The notes: generated by a model not told the origin, from the letters alone. A stretch of DNA of 64,000 bases from an uncultured Microthrixaceae bacterium (GCA_963717755.1 CAVQWY010000004.1:75451-139450); one strand, 5' to 3'; shown: positions 10,636 through 21,359, counted from the stretch's first letter. A program made the numbers and translations.

Positions 10636-10932
10636 CTACGACCGGGTCTCGGCCATCAGGCGGTCGAGCAGCTCGTCCTGCGTCTGCTCGAGGCGGCTGA
10701 TCTGTTCGACGACGTCGGCGCGATGCCGCTGCATGGCATCGGCGTGGCGTTGGGCGTCTTGGTGCTCGCGGTCGGCCAGCGGCGTCTCCGACACGAGCGA
10801 CCGCAGGCGTGCGTCGTCGGCCGCCTCGGCCAGGTGGCCGAGCTGCTCGTCGGAGACCGCCAGCTCGTCCCGCAGCTGCTTCAGGCGCGCGCCGACCTCG
10901 GTGAGGCGGCGTTCGACGAGGGACCGGGACAT
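10636..10932 (-). CDS. Small coiled-coil protein, unknown function
   Basis: Internal ATG at 10930-10932. Heptad-like sequence: MSRSLVERRLTEVGARLKQLRDELAVSDEQLGHLAEAADDARLRSL...QISRLEQTQDELLDRLMAETRS. It lies 20 nt upstream of pdtaR. Confidence 0.4.
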   Translation of the reverse strand: MSRSLVERRLTEVGARLKQLRDELAVSDEQLGHLAEAADDARLRSLVSETPLADREHQDAQRHADAMQRHRADVVEQISRLEQTQDELLDRLMAETRS

Positions 10933-10987
10933 CGGCGCGCAGTGTACGCCCGACCGCCGGATCCCCCGGATCTGCGACGATGCTCCG

Positions 10988-11490
10988 ATGGCCTGGACCT
11001 CCGCCCGCTGGTGCCGGGTGGTCGCCGTGGCCGCCATCGTGGCGACCGCGGTCGGCGTGCGGGGGCGGGAGCGGCGGCGACGGAGCGTGCGGGCCGATCA
11101 CCCGCGAGGCCCTCGATCCCGCCTACCTCGTGCACGTCGTGGGCGACGACGGGGGGGTCGAGTACACCTCCGATCCGCCCACGTCGGGCCCGCACCAGCC
11201 CGGCCCCGCCGGTCGAGGGCGTGGTCGAGGAGCCGATCAGCCGGCCCGTCCAGGTGGGGATCCTGGAGCGAGGCGACGTGCTCGTCCAGCACGATCCGGA
11301 CCTCGCGGCGGGACCCCTGGCCGAGCTGGCGGAGCTGGCCGGCCCCGGTGTGGTGGTGGCGCCGAACCCTGACCTCCCGGAGCCCGTGGTGGCCACTGCC
11401 TGGCTGTTCAAGCGCACCTGCGACTCGGTGGACCTGATCGCCCTCCAGGAGTTCGTCGACGAGCGGCTCGGCCAGGGCCCGGAGGGCTGA
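10988..11490 (+). CDS. DUF3105-like membrane-anchored protein (two apparent frame breaks)
   Basis: ATG at 10988 with a TM segment (MAWTSARWCRVVAVAAIVATAVG). In another frame: ALDPAYLVHVVGDDGGVEYTSDPPTSGPH. In a third frame: VEGVVEEPISRPVQVGILERGDVLVQHDPDL...VVVAPNPDLPEPVVATAWLFKRTCDSVDLIALQEFV. Confidence 0.6.
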
Positions 11491-11497
11491 CGGCCTG

Positions 11498-13296
11498 ATG
11501 GCCACCGACCCCTGGGGCATCGACGACGGGTGGATCGACACGCAGGGGCGCTGGCAATCGGCGTCCCCGACCACCATCGACGCGATCCGCGAGCTGCATG
11601 GGCGACCCGTCGCCGGGTCGGCCGGTGTGGGTCGTGCGACCGGGTGCGGAAGAGCCGTTGATCGACCCGTGCCACCTCCGCCTCGAGGACGGGACCGACG
11701 TCGGCGAGGTCGACCGGCTGCCAGGCGACCTGCCGCTCGGCATCCACGACCTGGCGCCGGTCGACGGCGGACCCGTGACGTCCCTGCTCGTCGAGCCCCG
11801 GCCGCTGCCACCTGCCGACCGACCTCCGCACCTGGGGCGTCACCGTCCAGGTGCCCACCGCCCGATCGACCGGCAGCTGGGGCATCGGCGACCTGGCCGA
11901 CGTGCGGTCGCTCGCCGGCTGGCTGGCGCAGCTCGGCGCCGGCGTCGATCGCCCTGAGCCCGCTGCACGCCCCCACCCCGATCCACCCGATCGCCGACGA
12001 GCCCCTACTACCCGTCGAGCCGGCGCTGGCGGAGCCCGCTGCTGATCCGCGTGGACGAGGTGGCCGGCGCCGCGACACCCGAGGTCGAGGAGCTCCGTGC
12101 TCGAGCGCGCGCGCTGGCGACCGACCAGGTCGTCGACCGCGATGCGTGCTGGTCCTTGCAGCTGGCGGCGCTCGAGCGGGTCTGGGCGGCGCGCGACCGC
12201 CGAAGACGATCAGCGGCTCGGCCGCTGGCGCACCGAACACGGCGCGGCGCTCGAGGGCTGGGCGCGGTTCTGCGCGCTCGCCGAGCGTCACGGGCACAGC
12301 TGGCGCGCTTGGCCGGACGCGCTGCGCCACCCTGACTCGGCCGCGGTACGGCACTCGGCCGAGGAGCTGGCCGACCGCGTCGCCTTCCACGCGTGGCTCC
12401 AGCTCCTCGTCGATCAGCAGCTGGACGCCGCGCGCCAGGTGGGCCTGCGCCTCGTGCAGGACCTCGCGGTCGGCGCCGACCCAGGCGGCGCCGATGGCTG
12501 GCTCTGGCAGGACCTGTTGGCCGACGGCTTCAGCATCGGCGCGCCGCCGGACGACTTCCGCCCGACGGGCAGAGCTGGGGCCTCCCACCGTGGGTCCCTT
12601 GGCGGCTGCGAGACCTCGGCTACCGGCCGCTCGCCGAGCTGCTGCGCGCGTCGATGCTCTCGGGTGGTGGGCTGCGCATCGATCACGCCATGGGACTGCG
12701 CCGGCTGTTCTGGGTGCCCGACGGCGGTGACCCGGCGGACGGCGCCTACGTGCGGTTCCACGGGCGCGAGCTGCTCGAGCTGGTGGCGCTGGAGAGCGCC
12801 CGCGCCGGCGCCGTGGTGGTGGGCGAGGACCTCGGCACCGTGGAACCGGGATTCCGCGAGGAGCTGGCGGAGACGGGGATCCTCTCGACGCGGGTCGTCT
12901 GGTTCGAAGCGCGACCCGCCGGAGCGGTGGCCGCAGCAGGCCCTGGCGATGGTCACGACCCACGACCTGCCGACCCTCGCCGGCCTGCATCGGTGGGACC
13001 GACAGCCCGGCGGCGATGCGCCAGAACCTGGAGCGGCTCGTCGGCCGCGATCGAGGGGCGCTCGGTCGAGGAGGTGGCGATCGAGGTCCACCGCCACCTC
13101 GGGCGCAGCCCGGCGGCCCTCGCCCTCGCCACGCTCGAGGACGCGTTGGGCGTGGTCGCGCGCCCGAACCGACCCGGGACGACCGACCGAGCGCCCGAAC
13201 TGGTCGATCGCGCTCCCCGCCAAGCTCGACCATCTGCCTGCCGACCCCCTCCCGAGGCGCGTCCTCGACGCGTTGGCGGAAGGGCGGGCGGACTAG
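11498..13296 (+). CDS. malQ: 4-alpha-glucanotransferase (GH77), heavily frame-broken
   Basis: Fragments are spread over all three plus frames: MATDPWGIDDGWIDTQG, SWGIGDLADVRSLAGWLAQLGAG, FCALAERHGHSWRAWPDALRHPDS, VQDLAVGADPGGADGW, QSWGLPPW, LRIDHAMGLRRLFWVP, VVGEDLGTVEPGFREEL. The C-terminus is PNWSIALPAKLDHL. Confidence 0.85.
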
Positions 13297-13468
13297 TCCG
13301 AAGTGACCATCCGAAAACCACCCGCTCGGGCCATGGTGCGAAGGGCGGTTCTGGTCGATACCTGTTCGGGACAAACCGCCCCCAACGGGCGTCCCCGGTC
13401 GACTGCCCCGGAAGGACGCCTACGCTGGCGCAAGGGGCAGCGGTGGGTCTGCGCCGACAGGAGACGAC

Positions 13469-13966
13469 ATGAGGGACAGGACCGAACGGGAGCGGCCTCC
13501 CCGGGGGCGCGGTGACGACGGAGCGGCGCTCGTGGAGTTCGTGCTCGTCGCCATCCTGTTGTTCACGCTGCTGTTCGGCATCATCCAGTTCGGGTTGATC
13601 CTGTCCTTCAAGCAGGACGTGACGCGCGCCGCCGCCGAAGGCGCCCGCGCCGGCGCCGTCGCCGTCCCCACCGGCTCCGAGACGTTCGCCGAGGCGGCGG
13701 AGGCTGCCGCGGTCACCGCCACCGAGGAGGCGGTCGAAGCGATTGGTGGGTCCTTCGACGGGGTCGGATGCTCGCATGCGGGATGGACATCTTGCAGTAG
13801 CAACGTCACGGTTGGGACCTGCACGGAAGACCCGAGCCAGCAGTGCGTCACCGTTGAGCTCGCGTACAACTACGGAGACCACCCGCTCTTCGGGCGCATG
13901 CCGCTCGTCGACCAGTTCATGCCCGATGAGGTCCGGAGCGTGTCGGTCGCGAGGATCAACCAGTGA
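13469..13966 (+). CDS. TadE-like pilus assembly protein (pseudopilin-like)
   Basis: Intact 165 aa ORF. The N-terminal motif GAALVEFVLVAILLFTLLFGIIQFG is typical of the TadE/TadG N-terminal domain. An AGGAG-like sequence precedes the ATG. Confidence 0.75.
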   Translation: MRDRTERERPPRGRGDDGAALVEFVLVAILLFTLLFGIIQFGLILSFKQDVTRAAAEGARAGAVAVPTGSETFAEAAEAAAVTATEEAVEAIGGSFDGVGCSHAGWTSCSSNVTVGTCTEDPSQQCVTVELAYNYGDHPLFGRMPLVDQFMPDEVRSVSVARINQ

Positions 13967-15600
13967 GGGTCGCACCAGCTCACCACCGCGACCGCGGCGC
14001 CACGGTGCCGATCGTCGCCCTGCTGCTGCCCGTCCTGATCCTCATGGTGGCCTTCGCGGTCGATCTCGGCATCCAGCGCTCGAACCGACGCACCATGCAG
14101 GCCCGTGCCGACATCGTCGCCCTCGACATGGTGCGGCTCACCGACGGGCGCACCGAGGCCGCCATCCTCGCCGACCCCGACTACCTGCTGCTCCTCAACG
14201 GTTCCGCCACGCGGAACGAGGTGCCGGTGTCGGCCCTCACGGTCGACTTCGGCACGTGGAACGGCACCGCCTTCACCCCCACCGGCCCCAGCGACGTGCC
14301 CGGTGCCGTCCAGGTCGTCGCCCGTCAGGAGCAGGACTACTTCTTCCAGCCGGGTTCCGGCACCGTGACGCGCACCGCTGTCGCCACGGTGAACGAGATC
14401 GCCGGGTTCCAGATCGGCAGCCGGCTGCTCGCCATCGACTCCACCCAGTCGGCGCTGCTCAACTCGCTGTTCAGCCAGACCATCGGCGGCTCCCTCAACC
14501 TGAGCGCGGTCTCGTACCAGGGGCTGCTCGGCGCCAACATCTCGCTCGCCCAGCTGGCGGCTCAGCTCGGCTTCGGCAGCCCCGATGAGCTCGCCGATGC
14601 CACCGTCAGTGCCAACGACTTCTACCTGGCCGCCGCCCAGGTCATGGAGAACCAGGGCAACACCGCGGCGGCCACCGCCCTCCAGGCCATCGCCGCCCAG
14701 ACGACCACGTCGACCACGCTCGACGTCGGGGACCTCATGCAGGTCGAGCAGGGCGGCGAGGAAGCCGCCGCCAACGCCAGCGTCGACCTGTTCAGCCTCA
14801 TCACCGGCTCGATCTTCGCCATCGACGGCACGAGCACCCTGTCGATCCCGGGGCTCACCGTGGCCGTGCCCGGCGCCGCCAGCACCATCACGCTCAACGT
14901 CACCGAGCGACCGCGGATCAAGTTCGGTCGCGTCGGCGCCTCCGTCACCACGCAGCAGGCGTCGATCGGCATCAACACCGTCCTCACCAACTTCACGGGG
15001 ATCACGCTGCCTCTCATCGGCGGCCTCCGCATCTCCGGCACCATCCCGATGAACATCAGCGTGGCGGGGGCCACCGGCACCCTCACGGCCATCGACTGCC
15101 TGCGGCCGGGCATCGACGTCGGGCTCACACCCAACCCGATCAGCATCACCGCCGGGGTCGACCTCGACATCGCGGCCGTCGTGGACCTGCTGGGTCCCCT
15201 CCCCCCGCCGCCGGCCCTCCTCCAGATCGCCGAGGCCAACATCGCGTTCACCACACCGATCGCGGCCACCGGCACGTCCACTGGTGCATCGTTCCTCTAC
15301 ACGAGCGAGTTCCTGCCGTCGGTCGGCATCGGCACGATGAAGCCCGCCAACACGACGAGCTTCACCCTCCCCGGCCCGCTGACGCTGACCCCCGGGACGA
15401 GCGTCAGGAGCCTCGGCGTCATCTCCGTGCCGCTGCCGGCCCTCACCACCGCGCTGAACGACTCGATCATCAACCCGATCAGCACCGCCTTGACCGCGCT
15501 GGTCGCGAACCAGCTCAACGACCTGCTGGGACTCAACATCGGCGGCGCCGACATCGGTGCCCTCGACATGAAGTGCAACGGCGCCCGCCTCGTCCATTGA
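13963..15600 (+). CDS. TadG-related large pilus-associated protein
   Basis: Intact 545 aa ORF with a GTGA overlap with the tadE-like gene. The N-terminus GATVPIVALLLPVLILMVAFAVDLGIQRSNRRTMQARAD is a TadG-like N-terminal anchor. The remainder is long and rich in Thr, Ala, Ile and Gly. Confidence 0.7.
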   Translation: MRVAPAHHRDRGATVPIVALLLPVLILMVAFAVDLGIQRSNRRTMQARADIVALDMVRLTDGRTEAAILADPDYLLLLNGSATRNEVPVSALTVDFGTWNGTAFTPTGPSDVPGAVQVVARQEQDYFFQPGSGTVTRTAVATVNEIAGFQIGSRLLAIDSTQSALLNSLFSQTIGGSLNLSAVSYQGLLGANISLAQLAAQLGFGSPDELADATVSANDFYLAAAQVMENQGNTAAATALQAIAAQTTTSTTLDVGDLMQVEQGGEEAAANASVDLFSLITGSIFAIDGTSTLSIPGLTVAVPGAASTITLNVTERPRIKFGRVGASVTTQQASIGINTVLTNFTGITLPLIGGLRISGTIPMNISVAGATGTLTAIDCLRPGIDVGLTPNPISITAGVDLDIAAVVDLLGPLPPPPALLQIAEANIAFTTPIAATGTSTGASFLYTSEFLPSVGIGTMKPANTTSFTLPGPLTLTPGTSVRSLGVISVPLPALTTALNDSIINPISTALTALVANQLNDLLGLNIGGADIGALDMKCNGARLVH

Positions 15601-15640
15601 GCTCGGGCGCCAGCGGGGCAGGCGCTACGGTCATCGCGTC

Positions 15641-15714
15641 GCCCCGGTAGCCCAATTGGCAGAGGCAGCGGTCTCAAACTCCGCACAGTGTGGGTTCGAG
15701 TCCCACCCGGGGCA
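15641..15714 (+). tRNA. tRNA with anticodon CAA (nominally Leu) but a short 5-nt variable region
   Basis: Hand-folded cloverleaf. Acceptor GCCCCGG/CCGGGGC with discriminator A. D arm GCC-CAATTGGCAGA-GGC. Anticodon arm GCGGT-CTCAAAC-TCCGC with a 31:39 T-T mismatch. Variable region ACAGT. T arm GTGGG-TTCGAGT-CCCAC. No encoded CCA. Confidence 0.75.
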
Positions 15715-15767
15715 CGGGGTGGTGCTCGGGCCACCTTCACGAGCGGGCATGGCATTACCCAGGGGGA

Positions 15768-15796
15768 ACTTGCCCCGATTGTGAAACGTGGGGCAA
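15768..15796. promoter_or_regulatory. Inverted repeat CTTGCCCC-N13-GGGGCAAG upstream of fabD
   Basis: 8-bp perfect arms at 15768-15775 and 15789-15796, ending 24 nt upstream of the fabD ATG. Candidate operator or RNA hairpin. Confidence 0.3.
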
Positions 15797-15819
15797 GCGG
15801 GGGTGGTCGGACCCTCTCG

Positions 15820-16690
15820 ATGCTCGCCTTCACGTTCCCCGGCCAAGGATCCCAGCAGCCCGGCATGGGCCGCCCTTGGGTCGACCACCCCTCGTGGGCG
15901 CTGGTCGCCGCGGCCGCGGACGCGAGCGGCCGCGATGTCGCCGCCCTCCTCCTCGACGCCGACGCCGACGAGCTCCGCCGCACGGAGAACGCCCAGCTGT
16001 CCACCTACGTGCTCAGCCTCGTCGTGCACGACGCGGTGCGCGAGCTCGGCGTGCGCTGCACCGTGGCCGCGGGCCACAGCCTCGGCGAGTACACCGCGCT
16101 CACGGCCGTCGGTGCCCTCCGCCTCGAGGACGGCGTCCGTCTCGTCACCGAGCGCGGCGCCGCCATGCAGGCCGCCGCCGACGCCCGCCCCGGCACCATG
16201 GCCGCCGTCCTCGGCGCCGACGACGACATCGTCGCGGAGGCCTGCGCCAAGGCCGGCGGCGACGTGTGGATCGCCAACAGCAACGGCGCCGGCCAGGTCG
16301 TGATCGCCGGTGACCCCGACGCCATCGCCAAGGCCGGCGACCTCGCCAAGGAGCTCGGCGCCCGCAAGGTGCTCGCCCTCCCCGTCGGCGGCGCCTTCCA
16401 CACCCCGTTCATGGCACCGGCCGCCGACCGGCTCCGCGCCGCCTTGGCCGCCGTCGAGTTCGCCGACGCCGAAGTGCCCGTGCTCGCCAACGTCGACGCC
16501 CTCCCCCACCAGCACGCCGACCAGTGGGCCGGACTGCTCGACACCCAGCTCACCGCGCCGGTGCGCTGGCGCCAGACCGTCGAGCGCATGGTCGACGACG
16601 GCGATCACCACGTTCCTCGAGCTCGGTCCCGGCGCCGTCCTCACGGCCATGGCCAAGCGCTCCGCGCCCGACGCCACCGCCCGATGCCGC
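15820..16690 (+). CDS. fabD: Malonyl-CoA:ACP transacylase (frame break near 16603)
   Basis: MLAFTFPGQGSQQPGMG, active-site GHSLGEY, VGGAFHTPFM. After ...RWRQTVERMVDDG the sequence continues in another frame as TTFLELGPGAVLTAMAKR. Confidence 0.9.
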
Positions 16691-16991
16691 CGCCGAACCG
16701 GCTGCCCTCGACGCGGTGGTCGAGGCCGCCACGGCCGCCGGCGCCGTCGATCACCACGAGGGCGAGCACCTCTTCGCCTCCGAGCGCCTCGTGGTCAGCC
16801 CGGCCGCCGGTGTGTTCACGCCCGCTGGCGATGTGGCCGAGGGCCAGCACATCGAGCGCGGCGAGCTGGTCGGGCACGTCGCCGGCCACGAGGTGCGGTC
16901 GCCGTTCCGAGGCACCGTCAAGGGCGTCCTCGCCGTCACCGGCGAGCGCCTCACCCGCAGCCAGCCCGTGGCCTGGCTGCGCACTGCGTGA
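16690..16991 (+). CDS. Biotinyl/lipoyl-like barrel-sandwich domain lacking the modifiable Lys. Either the C-terminal extension of FabD or a separate small gene.
   Basis: Third frame (ORF 16524..16991): LFASERLVVSPAAGVFTPAGDVAEGQHIERGELVGHVAGHEVRSPFRGTVKGVLAVTGERLTRSQPVAWL. The pattern resembles BCCP/lipoyl domains but has no (E)AMK motif. No stop separates it from the fabD tail once the frame is adjusted. Confidence 0.5.
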
Positions 16992-17045
16992 CGGCTCGGT
17001 GACATCCTCCGCCGACGGGCCCATCCGGGCGTCGGATCCAGCAAG

Positions 17046-17990
17046 ATGACCGGCGTGCCCCCCTCCAGCGCCCGCATCACCGGCTGGGGCGCCGCTCTGC
17101 CCGACAAGGTGGTCACGAACGCCGACCTCGAGGAGAGCCTCGACACCAGCGACGCGTGGATCGTCGAGCGCACCGGCATCCGCGAACGGCGCGTCGGGGG
17201 CACCACCGGCGGCCTGGCCATCGAGGCCGGCGAGCGCGCCATGCAGCGCGCGGGCATCGCCGGGGCCGACATCGACCTGGTGCTCCTGTGCACGTCCACG
17301 CCGGACGAGACGATGCCGGCCACCGCCAGCGTCGTCCAGCAGGCGCTCGGCCGTGCACGGCGGCGCCGTCGACCTCAACGCCGCGTGCTCCGGCTTCGTC
17401 TACGGGCTCGTCGCGGCCGACGGGTTCCTCCGAGCCGGCATGCGTCGGGTGCTGCTCATCGGCTCCGAGACGATGTCGCGCATCATCGACTGGGAGGACC
17501 GATCCACCGCCATCCTGTTCGGCGACGGCGCCGGCGCCGTCGTGCTCGAGCGGGGCGACGGGCCCCGGCCGCGTGCTCGGCTGGGACCTCGGCTCCGACG
17601 GGTCGCTGCGCCACATCCTGCACGCCGACCTCGGCGGCACGATCGAGATGGACGGCCCCGAGGTGTTCCGCCGGGCGGTGCCGGATCATGGTCGAGTCGG
17701 CCGAACGGGCCCTCGCGCAGGCGGGCGTCACCGTCGACCAGCGTCGCGCTGTTCGTCCCCCACCAGGCCAACTCGCGGATCATCACGTCCGCCTGCGCCA
17801 AGCTCGGGATCGCCGAGGAGCGCACCGCCGACATCCTGGCGACCACCGGCAACACGTCAGCGGCGTCGATCCCGATGGCGCTCGCCGACGCCGCCGACGC
17901 CGGGCGGCTCTCGCCCGGCGACCCCGTGCTGCTCATCGGCTTCGGCGCCGGCATGTCGTGGGCCTCGGCCGTGATCGAATGGGCGACGTG

Positions 17991-17991
<1 letters not shown>
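17046..17991 (+). CDS. fabH: 3-oxoacyl-ACP synthase III (about four apparent frame breaks)
   Basis: ITGWGAALPDKVVTNADLE...DAWIVERTGIRERR, the catalytic Cys context NAACSGFVYGL, FVPHQANSRI, and TTGNTSAASIPMAL, spread over three frames. Confidence 0.9.
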
Positions 17992-18985
<994 letters not shown>

Positions 18986-18987
18986 CG

Positions 18988-20203
18988 ATGGAGCTGCGCC
19001 GGGTCGCCGTCACCGGCGTCGGCGTCCTGTCGTCCTGCGGCACGGGCGTCGACGCGTTCTGGGACGGCCTCAACGCGCGCCCCGCCCGAGGGCGAGCGGC
19101 GCGTCGCGACTTCGACCCGGCGTCGGTGTTCGACAACCCGAAGGAGGCGCGGCGCGCCGACCGCGTCACGCAGCTCGCGCTGGCCGCCGCCACCCAGGCG
19201 CTCGAGCAGGCCGGCGAGATCCAGGGCGACCCGCTCCGGCGGGGCGTGCTCATCGCCACTGGCATCGGCGGCATCGGCACGCTCGAGGAGCAGATCACCC
19301 TGTACGCCGAGAAGGGCGCCGCCGGGTGTCGCCGTTCCTCGTCCCGATGATGATGCCCAACGCCCCGAGCGCCACCGTGTCGATGCGCTGGGGCTGGCAG
19401 GGCCCGTGCCAGACGGTGAGCACCGCGTGCGCGGCGGGCACCCACGCGCTCGTCGACGCCGCCATGTGGGTGGCGACCGGCCGGTGCGACGTGGTGGTCG
19501 CCGGCGGGAGCGAGGCGGCCATGACACCCGTGAGCCTGGCCGGCTTCACCAACATGACCGCGATGTCATCGCGCGGCGTGTCGGAGCCGTTCGCCGCCAC
19601 CCGCGACGGCTTCGTGATCGCGGAGGGCGCCGGCGTGCTCATCCTCGAGGCGTGGGACGTCGCCGAGGCTCGCGGCGCCACGATCCTCGCGCGAGGTCCT
19701 CGGCGGCGCGTCCACCGCCGACGCCCACCACATCACCGCCCCCGCGCCCGGCGGTCGCGGCGCCGTCGTCGTGCATGGAGATCGCGCTCGCCGTCGGCCG
19801 GCCTCGACGCCGGCGACGTCGTCCAGATCAACGCCCACGGCACGTCGACGCCGCTCAACGACGCCGCCGAGGCCGAGGCGATGGCCAAGCTGTTCGGCAC
19901 CCCGGGCCCGCCCGTCACGTCGATCAAGGGCGTGACCGGGCACGCGCTCGGTGCCGCCGGCGCGATCGAGGCCGTTGCCGTGATCGAGTCGATGCGGCGC
20001 AGGCTGATCCCGCCCACCGCCGTCACCACGGAGCATCGACCCCGAGCTGCCGCCGATCGACCTCGTCCTCGGCGAGGCCCGCGCCTGGGAGCCCGGCCCG
20101 ACGCGTCAGCAACAGCTTCGGCTTCGGCGGCCACAACGGCACCCTGGTCCTGGCCCCGGCGCGGCTGATCCCTCGACAGCCTGTGGTCGTCTCGACCGCA
20201 TAG
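18988..20203 (+). CDS. fabF: 3-oxoacyl-ACP synthase II (about five apparent frame breaks)
   Basis: [27 protein letters not shown] (active-site Cys), [43 protein letters not shown]. The exact stop is uncertain. Confidence 0.9.
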
Positions 20204-20235
20204 CGATCCGATGTCGTGCGACACAGGCTCGGGAG

Positions 20236-20856
20236 TCAGAACAGGGTCTGGCCGCCGCGACTCGAGCTCGAGGAGCTTGACCTTGACCGGGAGGCCGCCG
20301 CCGTAGCCGCCGAGCGTGGCCGCCGGTGCGGAGCACGCGGTGGCACGGGACGACGATCGGGATGGGGTTGGTGGCCATGGCGGTGCCGACGGCGCGGCTG
20401 GCCTTCGGGTTGCCCGACCATCGTGGCCAGCTCGAGGTAGCTGACGGTGCGGCCGTAGTCGACGTCCGCGTAGAGGCGCTCGAGCACCGTCTTGCGGAAG
20501 CCGGCGCGAGAGCCGCCAGTCGAGCGGGCAGCTCGAAGTGGTCGCGGCTGGCCGTCGAAGTACTCGTCGAGCTCGCGGCGCACCTCGTCGAGCCGGTCCG
20601 GGGCCTCCAGGACCCGGGGGCTCACGCGGTGGGCGAGCTGCTCGAGCACCTCGTCCTCGTCCTCTCGCTGGAAGGCGAGGCGGACGAGGCCGGCGGGGGT
20701 GGCGGCCACGAGCAGCGGGCCGATGGGGCTGTCGGTCGTGGCGTAGGCGACGTCGACCAGCCCTCCGCCGTCGGCCCGGGCGAGGGCGGCGGCGAGGTCG
20801 GCGAGCGGCGTCGGTGGCCGGACCACGCAGCGCTTGCTCGAGGGGTCGGTGGTCAT
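20236..20856 (-). CDS. ogt: Methylated-DNA-protein-cysteine methyltransferase (frame-broken)
   Basis: MTTDPSS...[51 protein letters not shown] (PCHR active site), and [17 protein letters not shown], spread across frames. Confidence 0.8.
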   Translation of the reverse strand: MTTDPSSKRCVVRPPTPLADLAAALARADGGGLVDVAYATTDSPIGPLLVAATPAGLVRLAFQREDEDEVLEQLAHRVSPRVLEAPDRLDEVRRELDEYFDGQPRPLRAARSTGGSRAGFRKTVLERLYADVDYGRTVSYLELATMVGQPEGQPRRRHRHGHQPHPDRRPVPPRAPHRRPRSAATAAASRSRSSSSSSSRGGQTLF

Positions 20857-21323
20857 CGGGGGACACCTCCTGGCGGAGCGCGGCGAGGCCGGCCCGCACG
20901 TTCTGACGCGCCGCGGCTTCTGAGCAGCCGAGCACGACGCCGATGTCGGCGTAGCGGAAGATCGCCCAGGTAGCGCAGCGCCACGGCGCCACGCTGCTTC
21001 TCCGGCAGGTGACCGACCGCGTTCCAGAGGTCGTCGTCGACGGCCGGGGCGGTCGACGACCCCCGAGTCGGGGAGGTCGGGGACCGGCACCGGTCGGCGG
21101 CTGGTGGCGCGGTGGTGGTCGATCACCTTGTGGTGGGCGATCGTGAACAGCCAGCCCCGCAGGTTCCGGTCGTCGCGGCAGCGTCGGGTACGCCCGCAGC
21201 GCCGAGATCATCGTCTCCTGGAAGCAGTCCGGCCCGTGGTGGGGGCCGGCCTGGCGCGACGCAGAAGCGGTGCAGGTCGGCGCCGTGCGCGTCGAGCAGC
21301 TGCTGGAACGGGGGCAGGTTCAC
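20853..21323 (-). CDS. ECF-type sigma-70 family sigma factor (frame-broken; 3' end inferred)
   Basis: MNLPPFQQLLDAHGADLHRFCVA, region 2 FQETMISALRAYPTL...RGWLFTIAHHKVIDHHR, and region 4 LPEKQRGAVALRYLGDLPYADIGVVLGCSEAAARQNVRAGLAALR, reconstructed from ORFs 21123..21323, 19733..21211 and 20236..21126. Confidence 0.7.
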
Positions 21324-21359
21324 TGCGAGGTCAACGCCCGGACCGCGCGCCGCGTGAGA

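Noticed and set aside
15641-15714. Reading the tRNA anticodon loop as TCA (opal suppressor or Sec-like), or as a 9-nt expanded loop.
   Set aside because: The TCA register would put C at position 33 and would break anticodon-stem pairing. The molecule has none of the tRNA-Sec features (long acceptor, long variable arm). The 7-nt loop CTCAAAC, with T33 and A37, is the only canonical register.
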